Of a DNA stretch of 64,000 bases, positions 17,059 to 26,856 are shown in pieces (positions within the stretch are counted from its first letter, which is position 1; the number at the start of each line of letters is the position of its first letter). Origin of the DNA: an uncultured bacterium. Lineage in GTDB: Bacteria; Zhuqueibacterota; QNDG01; DSAB01. The notes beneath the pieces were generated by a model. That model saw only the letters and a program-made list of their open reading frames with translations, ran no database searches and had not been told where the DNA came from. A program made the translations under genes and the position numbers. Location of the stretch: contig CAZIAH010000004.1 of the NCBI GenBank assembly GCA_964537715.1, positions 7,587-71,586 on the forward strand, given 5' to 3'.

Positions 17059-19023
17059 TTAATCGCTGCGTTTTTTCTGACTCAAATCAATTGCTGTCCG
17101 TACCGAACGTAATAAATCGGTCAAAGTGTATGGTTTCTGCAGGAAATAAAAACCCTTGTCTCGTATCAACGGCCACTGTGATTTGTGATCCGTATAACCG
17201 CTCGTTAAAAGAATTTGGACATTGGAATGGATTTTCAGCATTTCTTCCACCAGTTCGATACCGCTTTTATCGGACAAAACCACGTCGCTGAAAACGAGTC
17301 TAAAATTTCCTTTTTCCTTTTTAAAAATTTCAAGTGCTTCTTTTGCATTCCTGGCAGGAATCACGGAATAGCCGCACTTGTCCAGTGCTTTTAAAGCGGA
17401 CTCGCGAACTTTTTCCTCATCCTCCACAAGAAGAATCCTCTCTTTATTTCCTGTCAAACCCTGAAGAGAAATCTTGCCGTCCACTTCTTTCTCAGGTTTT
17501 CCGGCCGAAGCGGGAAGGTAGACACTAAACTCGGATCCTTCGCCCAGTGTACTGTTCATTGAAATCCAGCCTTCGTGCTCTTTGACAATACCGTAGACAA
17601 CGGACAGTCCCAATCCGGTTCCCTCTCCGGGACCTTTGGTCGTAAAGAAAGGTTCAAAAATACGTTCGAATATTTTTTTATCGATGCCGATACCGGTATC
17701 CCGAATGGAAAGACAAACAAAATCGCCAGGACGGGATTCCGGCAGTTGTTTATTCGTATCCCGGGTTAAAGTTTTGTTTTCAGTTTTTATGACCAATTTC
17801 CCACCATCAGGCATGGCGTCCCTGGAATTGAGAGCCAGATTCATGATGACCTGCTCGATATTCCCGGCGTCGGCTTTGACCGACCAGAGTTCTGGATCGA
17901 GATCCGTGCGAATCTCGATATTTTCACCGATCAACCGCTGAAACATTTTCAGAAGATTTTCAATCGAATCGTTCAGGCTGAACGAAGTAAATTCCATGGG
18001 ATGCTTCCGGCTGAAAAGCAGCAACTGCCGGATCAATCCGGAGGCCCGCATGGCCGCGAGTCGGATCTCCTTCAAATCCTTGTGCAAAACATTGTCTTCT
18101 TCGAGTCGCATCATGGCGACATCCGAACTCACCTGAATGGCTGTCATCAAATTATTGAAATCATGGGCCACACCTCCGGCCAGTGTGCCGATCGCCTCCA
18201 TTTTCTGGGCCTGAAACAGCTGTGCCCGAATCTTTTCCTTTTCTTTTTCCGCATTTTTTCTTTCAGTGACATCATGCACGTTGCACTGAATCAGTTTGCG
18301 GTTATCCATATTATAGCTGTTGCATGTAAGTTCGATATCGATTTCCTTGCCGTCTTTCCTTTTCAGCACCAGGTGATCATGATGGATATAGGCTTCTTCT
18401 TCGGACTCGTCGAACAAATCATCGAGCAAGGATGGATCATTGAGCACTCCAATATCGACAAGTGTTTTGCACAAAACCTGGTTTCGTTTTACTCCTAACA
18501 ACTCCAGCATAAAGGGATTGACATCTCGAATTTCTCCTGTTTCCGTATCCAGGAGCAGAATACCTTCCTTGGCCGATTCGAACAGCCGCCGGTACCTCGC
18601 TTCGGAAGCCAACAATGCCTCCTCGGCACATTTTTTCTCTTTCATGGCCTGCGATTTTTCAACAGCGCTTCTCACTGCGGGACCCAGATGGCCCAGGCGG
18701 TCTTTCAAAACATAATCGACTGCGCCCGCTTTCATACATTCGACGGCGGTCTCTTCATTGATCGCTCCCGTAACGATGATCAATGGAGTCTCTGGAGACG
18801 CTTTCTTGACCAGTTCAAGTGCGCTCATCCCGTCAAATTTGGGCAGGGAGTAATCGGCAAGAACGAGATCCGGTTTTAAAGTTTCGATAGCTGTTATGAA
18901 ATCTTCACGGTTGGCCACTCTTTTCGAAACGAATTTGAACTTGGCATCCATCAACTCGTTTTCCATTAAGAGTGCATCGGATTTCATATCTTCCAATATC
19001 AGGATGCGAAGTTTGTCATCCAT
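17059..19023 (-). CDS. hybrid sensor histidine kinase with N- and C-terminal receiver domains (REC-PAS-HisKA-HATPase-REC)
   Basis: N-terminal REC 'ILILEDMKSDALL...LVLADYSLPKFDGMS', PAS-like middle, H-box 'VAHDFNNLMTAIQ', 'GTGLGLSVVYG', C-terminal REC. The HisKA-to-REC portion is clearly paralogous to the HK at 12320-14275. Confidence 0.85.
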   Translation of the reverse strand: MDDKLRILILEDMKSDALLMENELMDAKFKFVSKRVANREDFITAIETLKPDLVLADYSLPKFDGMSALELVKKASPETPLIIVTGAINEETAVECMKAGAVDYVLKDRLGHLGPAVRSAVEKSQAMKEKKCAEEALLASEARYRRLFESAKEGILLLDTETGEIRDVNPFMLELLGVKRNQVLCKTLVDIGVLNDPSLLDDLFDESEEEAYIHHDHLVLKRKDGKEIDIELTCNSYNMDNRKLIQCNVHDVTERKNAEKEKEKIRAQLFQAQKMEAIGTLAGGVAHDFNNLMTAIQVSSDVAMMRLEEDNVLHKDLKEIRLAAMRASGLIRQLLLFSRKHPMEFTSFSLNDSIENLLKMFQRLIGENIEIRTDLDPELWSVKADAGNIEQVIMNLALNSRDAMPDGGKLVIKTENKTLTRDTNKQLPESRPGDFVCLSIRDTGIGIDKKIFERIFEPFFTTKGPGEGTGLGLSVVYGIVKEHEGWISMNSTLGEGSEFSVYLPASAGKPEKEVDGKISLQGLTGNKERILLVEDEEKVRESALKALDKCGYSVIPARNAKEALEIFKKEKGNFRLVFSDVVLSDKSGIELVEEMLKIHSNVQILLTSGYTDHKSQWPLIRDKGFYFLQKPYTLTDLLRSVRTAIDLSQKKRSD

Positions 19024-19186
19024 AAATCATGTCCATTTTATGATTCAGCGAAAGCAAACCCAGAATTTTTGATTATTTTAAAAATATCGAAAAAATGCGG
19101 TGAATACAAGTATTTTATTTGACCACTCGATTCCGGATGAGGAAATTATCGTCAGTGATCCGGACCCATTTTTTAGCAGAAATCCG

Positions 19187-19834
19187 TTACTGTAAAAAAT
19201 TCATCAACAAATAAACACCCTCTCTGCCAACCAGGAAGTATAAAAGAGTCATAACGATTGGCCAGATCAACCAGCGAAAAAATCCAAGAAACAGAAGCCC
19301 GAAAATAATAAGCATGCCGTATCTTTCAATTTTGAGATAATTTTGTGCCCATTCGTCTGGCAGCAGTCCAACAAGGATTCGTGATCCGTCGAGCGGTGGA
19401 ATAGGAACGAGATTGAAACAGGCCAGAACCAGGTTGATAAGAACAGCCAGAACAAGAAATTGATGAAGGACATTGGGCCCTCCTGAAATACCAAAAGACA
19501 ATCGGAAAATAACGGCCGCAACAATGGACAAAAGCAAATTGCTAACAGGTCCCGATGCCCCCACAATGGCAAAATCTTTTTTTGCGTCTTTGAACCGCCA
19601 CGGATTGATCGGAACCGGTTTGGCATATGCAAACAAAACTGGAGCATGCGTGACAATCAAAAACAGCGGAAGAAGAATGCTCCCGAACGGGTCGATATGG
19701 GGAAGGGGATTCAGTGTCAATCTTCCCTGTTCCTTTGCTGTGGTATCCCCCCGCCAGAGTGCTGCCCGGCCGTGGGCATATTCATGAAAAACAATCGAAA
19801 ATATCAGCACGACGATTTGCGGTATCCAACGCAT
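19187..19834 (-). CDS. site-2 protease family (peptidase M50) membrane metalloprotease
   Basis: HExxH 'FHEYAHGRAA', several TM helices, and a second conserved 'LNL...NLVP..PLDGS' motif. Confidence 0.75.
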   Translation of the reverse strand: MRWIPQIVVLIFSIVFHEYAHGRAALWRGDTTAKEQGRLTLNPLPHIDPFGSILLPLFLIVTHAPVLFAYAKPVPINPWRFKDAKKDFAIVGASGPVSNLLLSIVAAVIFRLSFGISGGPNVLHQFLVLAVLINLVLACFNLVPIPPLDGSRILVGLLPDEWAQNYLKIERYGMLIIFGLLFLGFFRWLIWPIVMTLLYFLVGREGVYLLMNFLQ

Positions 19835-19931
19835 TGTTTCTACCCCCTTTTACAAATAGTAATCATAAGTATCCTGTTAAAATCATTCAGTTATTTAAGA
19901 ACCCGTACGTTTTTCAAATAATTCACAGAAA

Positions 19932-20125
19932 AAAGTGCTCTTTTCGCGGCATTCTCATCCCGCTCTAATAATTATAAACTATTATTGAAAAGGCGGGATC
20001 GTTGGCCGCATGTTCTTTGTCTTCAATACCTTAAAATTTCAATCACTTGATCCCGCAAAAGCGGGGCGCTATCCCGATTTCAAATATTATATTATTGATT
20101 GATTCGGGATGGCAACTCAAAATAA
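19932..20125. repeat. ~190-bp structured intergenic repeat, copy A (second copy at 24523-24715)
   Basis: Contains the hairpins ATCCCGC...GCGGGAT, CCCGC-AAAA-GCGGG and ATCCCGA...TCGGGAT. About 80-85% identical to copy B, in the same orientation. Confidence 0.75.
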
Positions 20126-20226
20126 GAATGAACAATGAATATGTATACTGTTAAAACCTTGCAAATTTAATTATTCTAATATCTGGTATTAATGAATTAA
20201 AAATAAACTGATAAAAAATTGATCCA

Positions 20227-21240
20227 TCAATTCGTATTTTTCTTTTCCATCTTTTTCTGCTCTCTCAGCCGGGCGGCTTCGCCTGACTTTCTCCGGTTCT
20301 GGATAAACCACTTGCTGATCTTGCTTCTTTCGATCCCCAGAACGACATCCTGCAACCCGATAAAAAGGTCATCGTCATTGATCAGATAGCCGAGCGTTCC
20401 CTTACCCGTATCTATTTTGGCAGTGATATTGGCCAATGAATGTATCGTCGAGCGGAGATCGTTTGTCAACGCTTCGCCGTATTCCTTATCGTTGATCAAT
20501 TTCCCAAGCGTCCCCTCGTTACTGTTCAGCCGTTCTGCAACCTCCTTCAGATCCGCGCTGGCCGTTTTCAGATCCAAGAGGGTCTGCTTGAAATTCACCG
20601 AATCAGAAAGAAGCGCGCCAAGTGTTCCTTTCCCCTCGTCAATTGCACTGAGCATACCGGACAATTTCTGGGTGGAAAGAGAAAGATTGTGAAATGATTC
20701 CCGTATTTCCAGTGGTTTGTTTAACAGAATCCCAAGTGCGCCGTCTCCCCGATCGAGCTTTAAAAGTACCTTCCGGAGGTCTTCCAGAACGAGCGAAGTG
20801 TTGCCGACAATGGCATCATACCCCTTTGTCGGAGCCGCCTGAATAAAACCGCCCTCTTTAATGAGAGGTTTGTCTACGCTGCCCATGGTTAATTCGACCA
20901 CTTTTCCGTAAACGAGACTTGCTGATGCGACGCGCGCTTTCGAATCCTCGCGAATTCGGCCGGCAATCTCCTTGGAAACCGTAATTTCAACCAGAATATT
21001 TTTCTGATCGAGATCCTTGGGGAACCCGATCTTCTCCACATTTCCGACCTCGACACCCGTGAGAAGAACGGGATCTCCCTCATAAAGTCCGGCAGTCGAT
21101 GTGAAAAGAATTTTATAGTGGACTTTTCCCCTAAAGAAAGTGTTCTTGCCTCCGATAAAAAAAACAGCCCCGATCATGATGGATAACCCGATGACGATCA
21201 CTCCGCCGACCCGAATTTCCTTGCTCAATTTTCTGCTCAT
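20227..21240 (-). CDS. mlaD: MlaD/MCE-domain protein
   Basis: N-terminal TM anchor then MCE domain (KILFTSTAGLYEGDPVLLTGVEVGNVEKIGF), followed by a long helical C-terminal region. Last gene of the mlaE-F-D operon. Confidence 0.8.
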   Translation of the reverse strand: MSRKLSKEIRVGGVIVIGLSIMIGAVFFIGGKNTFFRGKVHYKILFTSTAGLYEGDPVLLTGVEVGNVEKIGFPKDLDQKNILVEITVSKEIAGRIREDSKARVASASLVYGKVVELTMGSVDKPLIKEGGFIQAAPTKGYDAIVGNTSLVLEDLRKVLLKLDRGDGALGILLNKPLEIRESFHNLSLSTQKLSGMLSAIDEGKGTLGALLSDSVNFKQTLLDLKTASADLKEVAERLNSNEGTLGKLINDKEYGEALTNDLRSTIHSLANITAKIDTGKGTLGYLINDDDLFIGLQDVVLGIERSKISKWFIQNRRKSGEAARLREQKKMEKKNTN

Positions 21241-21252
21241 AATGGATTGGCC

Positions 21253-21981
21253 TCAACTCTTTAAAAATTCCTGAACAATATGATCCTCACACGTTTCGAT
21301 TTCTTCCGGTGTTCCCACGAATTTGATTTTCCCCCGATAAAGAAACGCAATCCGGTCCGCCACCGCCATCGCGCTTTGTACGTTGTGGGTTACGATAATG
21401 GAAGTAATTCCAAGCTGTTCGTGAATGCTCCGCATCAGCTTGGTCACCCAGCGTGTGGTAATGGGATCCAGACCCGTGGTCGGCTCATCGTACAGAAGCG
21501 CTTTGGGTTCGAGAATAATGGCTCTGGCCAGGGCCACACGCTTTCGCATGCCGCCGCTGAGATTCGAGGGCATCATCCAATCCGTGCCTTCGAGACCGAC
21601 CAGTCTCAATTTTTCTTTGACTTTGACTTCTATATCACTCTGGGACAGCTGCGTGTGCTCCTGCAGAGGAAATGCCACATTATCAAAAACTGACATCGAA
21701 TCGAACAGGGCGCTGCTCTGAAACAGGAACCCGACACTTTTTCTGATCGGCATCAATTGATTTTCTTCATAGTTCGTGATATCTTTCCCTTCGACAAAAA
21801 TCCGCCCTTTGTCAGGATGGAGCAGTCCCACGATATGTTTCAGAACGACTGTTTTCCCGGTACCGCTTCCTCCCAGAACGATCAGAACTTCGCCTCTTCG
21901 AATGAAAAGAGTCAGCCCTCTTAGAACTTCCTTCCCTTCGAAATTTTTGTACACTTCATCGAAAAATGCGAACGGCGCCAT
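21253..21981 (-). CDS. mlaF: ABC transporter ATP-binding protein MlaF
   Basis: Walker A 'GGSGTGKT', signature 'LSGGMRKRVALARA', Walker B 'LLYDEPTTGLD'. Confidence 0.85.
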   Translation of the reverse strand: MAPFAFFDEVYKNFEGKEVLRGLTLFIRRGEVLIVLGGSGTGKTVVLKHIVGLLHPDKGRIFVEGKDITNYEENQLMPIRKSVGFLFQSSALFDSMSVFDNVAFPLQEHTQLSQSDIEVKVKEKLRLVGLEGTDWMMPSNLSGGMRKRVALARAIILEPKALLYDEPTTGLDPITTRWVTKLMRSIHEQLGITSIIVTHNVQSAMAVADRIAFLYRGKIKFVGTPEEIETCEDHIVQEFLKS

Positions 21982-21990
21982 GCGTCTCCT

Positions 21991-22767
21991 TTAAAAGATA
22001 ATCAGGAGTTTGGTCAGAAAATAATCGGAAATCATGATACAGACCGAACTCGTCACCACGGAATTGGTGGTTGCCTTGCCGACGCCCTCCGCACCTCCTG
22101 CCACTTTCAATCCGTTATAACAGCCGATCAGTGAAATAAAGAACCCGAAGAAAACGGATTTAAAAATCCCTCCGAAAAAATCGGACAGACTCACGGCCCG
22201 CTCGACCTGGGAAACATAAGTCGCAAAGGTCATCTTGATATCGACGAGGCTGATCACCAGTCCGCCGAAAATGCCGACAAAATCCGCGACGGCAGTCAAA
22301 AGAGGAAGCATGAGAAGCGTAGCAAAGATCCGGGGAAAGACGAGTTTTTTCGCCGGACTGGCTCCCATCAACCGAATGGCATCGACCTGTTCGGTTACTT
22401 TCATCGATCCGATCACGGATGTGATGCCCGCGCTAACCCTGCCTCCGACAAGCAAAGCCGTCAAAAGTGGACCAAACTCCCGCGTGATGGCGACGGCCAC
22501 GCCGATTCCCACCATGACCCGTCCCGCAAAATTGGCTTCCGAATAGGCCACTTGTACCGCAAGGACCATACCGACAAAAAAAGAAGAAATCAGAACGATA
22601 GGAAGAGAATGGAATCCGATCTCATCCATTTGTGTCAGAAGCGATTTGATTTCGTAGGGCCGGCGGAATCCGAAACGGAGTGTATCCACCCAGAGATAGG
22701 CCATCTCGCCTACATTCCGCGCACTTCGGACAATATGATCTTTGATCCCTTTCAGCCAGGAAAACAT
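21991..22767 (-). CDS. mlaE: ABC transporter permease MlaE
   Basis: 5-TM permease with the MlaE-typical 'GPLLTALLVGGRVSAGITSVIGSMKVTEQVDAIR' segment. Confidence 0.85.
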   Translation of the reverse strand: MFSWLKGIKDHIVRSARNVGEMAYLWVDTLRFGFRRPYEIKSLLTQMDEIGFHSLPIVLISSFFVGMVLAVQVAYSEANFAGRVMVGIGVAVAITREFGPLLTALLVGGRVSAGITSVIGSMKVTEQVDAIRLMGASPAKKLVFPRIFATLLMLPLLTAVADFVGIFGGLVISLVDIKMTFATYVSQVERAVSLSDFFGGIFKSVFFGFFISLIGCYNGLKVAGGAEGVGKATTNSVVTSSVCIMISDYFLTKLLIIF

Positions 22768-22785
22768 GGACTCACTTCCGCTTTT

Positions 22786-24438
22786 TTATTTAAACCGGAT
22801 TATTCCGGGATCATACCCTTCCGCCGCTTCAAATCCGAGCAGATGCAGACAGGTGGTCGCGATATTACTCAGACCCAAATTTCCGGATTCAGCGAGCCGG
22901 TATTCGTTTTGAAACTGCGGATCGTAAATAATAAAGGGAACCGGATTCAGTGTGTGCGCAGTCCTTGCTTTGGGTTGTCCGTTTTCATGGAGCTTCGGCT
23001 GACCGGACTTGTCCAGTTCGAACATTTCGTCCGAATTGCCGTGGTCGGCCGTAATGAGTGCGATTCCGTTCAGCTCCTTGATTTTCGGAAGCAGCCGCTT
23101 CAGCGCGAGGTCGACCGATTCCACGCCGATGACCGCGGAGTGAAACACGCCTGTGTGCCCGACCATGTCTCCGTTGGCATAATTCACGCGTCCAAACCGG
23201 TGCTTTCCCGAACCAAGTTCCTTCAACAGCCGGTCCGTGATTTCGGCGCTCTTCATCCAGGGCCGCTGTTCGAAGGGCACGCGGTCCGAGGGAATTTCGA
23301 TGTAAGTCTCAAGTGTTTCGTTGAACTTACCGCTCCAGTTCCCGTTGAAAAAATAGGTCACATGGCCGAATTTCTGCGTTTCGCTGATGGCCAGTTGTGT
23401 TACGCCGGTATTGGACAAAAGCTCGCCCACCGTCCGGTCGATGGCCGGCGGTTCTACGAGATATTGTTTGGGAATGTGCAGATCCCCGTCATATTCCATC
23501 ATGCCGGCATATTCCACCTTTGGAACCGGGCCGCGGTCGAATTTATCGAAATCGGCCTCTTCGAATGCCCGGCTGATCTCGATGGCCCGGTCGCCTCGGA
23601 AATTGAAAAAGATCACCGAATCGCCGTCGGTAATCGGACCGACCGGCTTCCCGTCCTTTTCAACCGTGAATGGAGGCAGGAACTGATCCGTGACAGCGGG
23701 ATCCCGTTTCCGGAATGTTTCGATGGCCTTTTCAGCAGAAGGAAACTTTTCCGAAATTCCGAGTACGTGGGCTTCCCAGCCCCGCTTCACGATTTCCCAG
23801 TCCGCCTGGTACCGATCCATGGTCACGACCATCCGGCCGCCGCCGCTGGCAATCGCGTAATCGTATCCCAATGCATTGATTTCGGACAAGAATTTTTCAA
23901 AGGGAACGACATAGTCGAGCGCGGAGGTCTCTCCGACATCCCTGCCGTCGAGAAGAATGTGAATTCTGACTTTTTTGACACCCTCTTCTTTCGCACGTAA
24001 AATCATGGCTTTCAACTGATCGATGTGGCTGTGCACATTGCCGTCTGAAAAGAGCCCGATAAAATGAAGTGTGGACTGTTTCGTCCGACACTGTTCGATC
24101 AATTTCTTCCAGGTTTCTCCGGTCCACAAACGGCCGGTCTGGATGGCCTCGTTAACCAATCTGGCGCCCTGGGCAAAAACACGTCCCGCGCCGATGGCAT
24201 TGTGGCCGACTTCAGAATTGCCCATATCGCTATCCGAAGGCAGTCCGACCGCCGTGCCGTGCGCCTTGAGCTGTGTGTAGAGACAATTTCCCATCAGCCA
24301 GTCCAAAGTCGGTGTGTGCGCGGCCTTGACCGCATTGCCGATCGGACTGGGGTTTAATCCGACACCGTCCATGATGACAAGCAAAAGCGGACCAGGTCGT
24401 CCGGAAAAAGATTTGAATTTTTTAAGTTTCTCCATCAA
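22786..24438 (-). CDS. gpmI: 2,3-bisphosphoglycerate-independent phosphoglycerate mutase
   Basis: 'PGPLLLVIMDGVGL', 'HFIGLFSDGNVHSH', 'ALITADHGN' motifs of the iPGM family. 550 aa. Confidence 0.9.
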   Translation of the reverse strand: MMEKLKKFKSFSGRPGPLLLVIMDGVGLNPSPIGNAVKAAHTPTLDWLMGNCLYTQLKAHGTAVGLPSDSDMGNSEVGHNAIGAGRVFAQGARLVNEAIQTGRLWTGETWKKLIEQCRTKQSTLHFIGLFSDGNVHSHIDQLKAMILRAKEEGVKKVRIHILLDGRDVGETSALDYVVPFEKFLSEINALGYDYAIASGGGRMVVTMDRYQADWEIVKRGWEAHVLGISEKFPSAEKAIETFRKRDPAVTDQFLPPFTVEKDGKPVGPITDGDSVIFFNFRGDRAIEISRAFEEADFDKFDRGPVPKVEYAGMMEYDGDLHIPKQYLVEPPAIDRTVGELLSNTGVTQLAISETQKFGHVTYFFNGNWSGKFNETLETYIEIPSDRVPFEQRPWMKSAEITDRLLKELGSGKHRFGRVNYANGDMVGHTGVFHSAVIGVESVDLALKRLLPKIKELNGIALITADHGNSDEMFELDKSGQPKLHENGQPKARTAHTLNPVPFIIYDPQFQNEYRLAESGNLGLSNIATTCLHLLGFEAAEGYDPGIIRFK

Positions 24439-24522
24439 TACCCCTGAATCATGAGTGTCCAGTTAAATCAATCATTTATTACTTTGTAAACATTTTATGC
24501 TATACTCAAATGAAATTCTGTT

Positions 24523-24715
24523 TTTTTCGCGGCATTCGAATCCCGCCTCAATAATGATAAAATATAATTGAAATAGCAGGATTGTCAGCCGCATGTTTTT
24601 TGTCTTCAATAATCTAAATATTTCAATAACTTGATCCCGCGAAAGCGGGGCGCCATCCCGAGCCAATCGATAATATAGTATTTAGAATCGGGATGGCAAG
24701 TCAATTCTAAAATCG
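24523..24715. repeat. ~190-bp structured intergenic repeat, copy B
   Basis: See copy A. Lies between the gpmI start and the trmO-like stop. Confidence 0.75.
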
Positions 24716-24803
24716 CAAAGCAAACTTTCTATTCATACTTTACTGCTTATTAAATGTTTAAACTTTTTTCCTTTTCTTAATTGTATACTAATATTCCTGA
24801 ATA

Positions 24804-25298
24804 TTAAGTATCAGAAAACCGATCATCCGATACCGTGTGTTGGCCGATTCGATTCAGTTTGTCCCCCATCCAGCCGGTTTTCGCATCGGGATGGGCATCC
24901 ACATCCGGGAAATAGGGTTTGATATCGAGCAAAGGCGTTCCATCGATCATATCCACACCCGCGATGTGGAGAATATTTTTTTCTCGTTTGATCAGACGCA
25001 CCACGGTCATTCCAATGGGATTGGGCCGTCTTGGACCCCGAATCGTAAATATTCCGTGGATCTGATCGTCCAAGAACGGACGCGCAGTCAGATCATATCC
25101 GTTCGATTTGTGAAAACAGTACAACAAAATCAAATGAGAAAATCCCTCGATGTCTTTCAATCCTTCCGCATACTCCAGATCGATCTCGACGGTTCCATGA
25201 TTCTCCGGAAACAGAGCGCCCTGAATCGGCATTCCCTGTCTCTCCTGAAACGGAGTACGGATCGTTCCAATGGGGCAAAATTCAATTTGATTGGTCAT
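24804..25298 (-). CDS. trmO: tRNA (N6-threonylcarbamoyladenosine(37)-N6)-methyltransferase TrmO (YaeB/TsaA family)
   Basis: 'IGTIRTPF', 'LEGFSHLILLYCFH', 'RRPNPIGMTVVRL', 'GVDMIDGTPLLDIKPY'. Start taken at the internal ATG at 25298. Confidence 0.8.
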   Translation of the reverse strand: MTNQIEFCPIGTIRTPFQERQGMPIQGALFPENHGTVEIDLEYAEGLKDIEGFSHLILLYCFHKSNGYDLTARPFLDDQIHGIFTIRGPRRPNPIGMTVVRLIKREKNILHIAGVDMIDGTPLLDIKPYFPDVDAHPDAKTGWMGDKLNRIGQHTVSDDRFSDT

Positions 25299-25308
25299 GG
25301 TTAAAATC

Positions 25309-25575
25309 CTAATTGCTTCCCGATTGTGGAAGCTCATGAATGATGACTTCCTGCTCGCCGCGTTCCGAGGTCAGGCAGTAAACTTTTCCGTTTTTGCAGA
25401 CCCAGTAGGAAATCGGGAAAGCCCACTCCGAAGCTGACATTTTCTGAATACAGGCTCCTGGCCTGATGAGGAATTTGACCTTTCTCACCATCTCGATGCC
25501 CGATCCGATAAAGAGCCGAATCCAGGTCGCGAGGAATAGGGAAATGGATTTTTTACTGATTTGATTGACTGTCAT
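25309..25575 (-). CDS. hypothetical small protein
   Basis: ORF only. No motif recognised. Confidence 0.3.
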   Translation of the reverse strand: MTVNQISKKSISLFLATWIRLFIGSGIEMVRKVKFLIRPGACIQKMSASEWAFPISYWVCKNGKVYCLTSERGEQEVIIHELPQSGSN

Positions 25576-25582
25576 GATAATC

Positions 25583-26659
25583 TCAGATCTCAATTAACTG
25601 ATATTCAGATTGACCCAACCCAATTGATTCTCCGTGCCGGATTTGAATCCGCGCGTCCAATTTGGGATAACTCATGTCCGTGAGCATCAGGTTTTTACGA
25701 TTGTTTTTCCGAATAAGATCCAGGCTGGCCGCATCGATGGCCACCGGATCTTTGCTCGCCAAGATACCGATGTCCGGCATGAGCGGTCTTTGATTCGTAT
25801 CAAAACAATCGCAGTCTTTGGTGATCGAAGTCAGAAAATTGAAACACCCAAATTTCTCCGGTTTTTGCGAGACGACACCGAGGGCATGTTCGGCAATCCG
25901 CTTCTGTAGTTCCGTTGAATTCACATTCCAGTCGTGCTTGACCGCATCGAAACGGCAAACCGCAATACACTCACCGCAGCCGATACATTTTTGATCGTCA
26001 ATCACAGCCGTTTTATTGTCCATGGAAATAGCGTCCGCAGGACACCACCGGATGCAGACGCCACAGCCCGTACAATATTGTTCGGAAATATTCGGATTCA
26101 TGCCGGCATGCTGCCTGAGTTTTCCCTTGCGGCTGGCAAATCCCATTCCCAGATTCTTGATGGTTCCGCCGAGTCCTGTGCTCAGATGTCCCGTCACATG
26201 GGTCATGGCAACAATCGCATTGGATTCCAGCGCGATTTTCGCCAGCGAGACCTGATTAAAAAGTTTCCCATGAATGGATACCTCACCTTCCCCGCTTCCC
26301 AAAAGCCCGTCGGCAATCACAACCGGTGCACCCGTATTCTCAATCGTAAAGCCATGCGCCTGCGCCAGATGCAGATGCGTCACCGCATCGTTTCGCTCGC
26401 TCCGGTAAAGCACATTGGTATCCGTGAGAAACGGCTTTCCCTTGTTCTTTTTGATGGCCTCGACCACCGGCCGCACGAACCCCGGAGCAATGTGTGTCGT
26501 ATTCCCCTTTTCTCCGAAATGGATCTTGATCGCCACCAGATCGTTTTCGCCCACACAATCCCCGATCCCGGCGCTTTCGAAAAGGGATTTGATTTTACTG
26601 ACAACGACCTGAGAGCTGTCTTTGTTTTTTACCCTCACAAAATAAACATCCGAACCCAA
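25583..26659 (-). CDS. DUF362-family iron-sulfur protein with 2x[4Fe-4S] ferredoxin insert
   Basis: N-terminus typical of DUF362 (VYFVRVKN...VAIKIHFGEKGNTTHI...RPVVEAIKK) and 'CTGCGVCIRWCPADAI...CIGCGECIAVC' cysteine motifs. Confidence 0.7.
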   Translation of the reverse strand: MGSDVYFVRVKNKDSSQVVVSKIKSLFESAGIGDCVGENDLVAIKIHFGEKGNTTHIAPGFVRPVVEAIKKNKGKPFLTDTNVLYRSERNDAVTHLHLAQAHGFTIENTGAPVVIADGLLGSGEGEVSIHGKLFNQVSLAKIALESNAIVAMTHVTGHLSTGLGGTIKNLGMGFASRKGKLRQHAGMNPNISEQYCTGCGVCIRWCPADAISMDNKTAVIDDQKCIGCGECIAVCRFDAVKHDWNVNSTELQKRIAEHALGVVSQKPEKFGCFNFLTSITKDCDCFDTNQRPLMPDIGILASKDPVAIDAASLDLIRKNNRKNLMLTDMSYPKLDARIQIRHGESIGLGQSEYQLIEI

Positions 26660-26722
26660 ACAACCTCCGGAGAAATTGGATGACTCATTCCCATAAAACT
26701 GCTTATTTTTTCAGCTATTAAT

Positions 26723-26804
26723 GTATTAATAAATCGGCACAAATGCAACATCCGCCGAACTGTGGATGATGAAATTTTATGGTAGGAGAATAAAATAGAT
26801 TATG
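26723..26804. repeat. intergenic modular repeat, Y-module copy 1 (tattaataaatcggcacaaatgcaacatccgccgaactgtggatgatgaaattttatgg...)
   Basis: About 88% identical to 28709-28784. Contains the hairpin CATCC-N10-GGATG. Confidence 0.75.
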
Positions 26805-26838
26805 GTCATTCCAAGGTTCTACTCTGGAACGGACTATA
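26803..26838. repeat. 35-bp direct repeat W1 (tcattccaaggttctactctggaacggactata), partner at 27887-27924
   Basis: 33 of 35 positions identical between the copies. The two copies bracket the Fib_succ_major gene. Confidence 0.75.
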
Positions 26839-26856
26839 TTTTTATATGCCCGCGTT

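Noticed and set aside
22552-24000. 482-aa plus-strand ORF
   Set aside because: Lies entirely antisense to, and inside, the well-supported gpmI (iPGM) gene. Its composition is low-complexity Arg/Phe/Gly-rich, typical of a shadow ORF in a GC-moderate gene.
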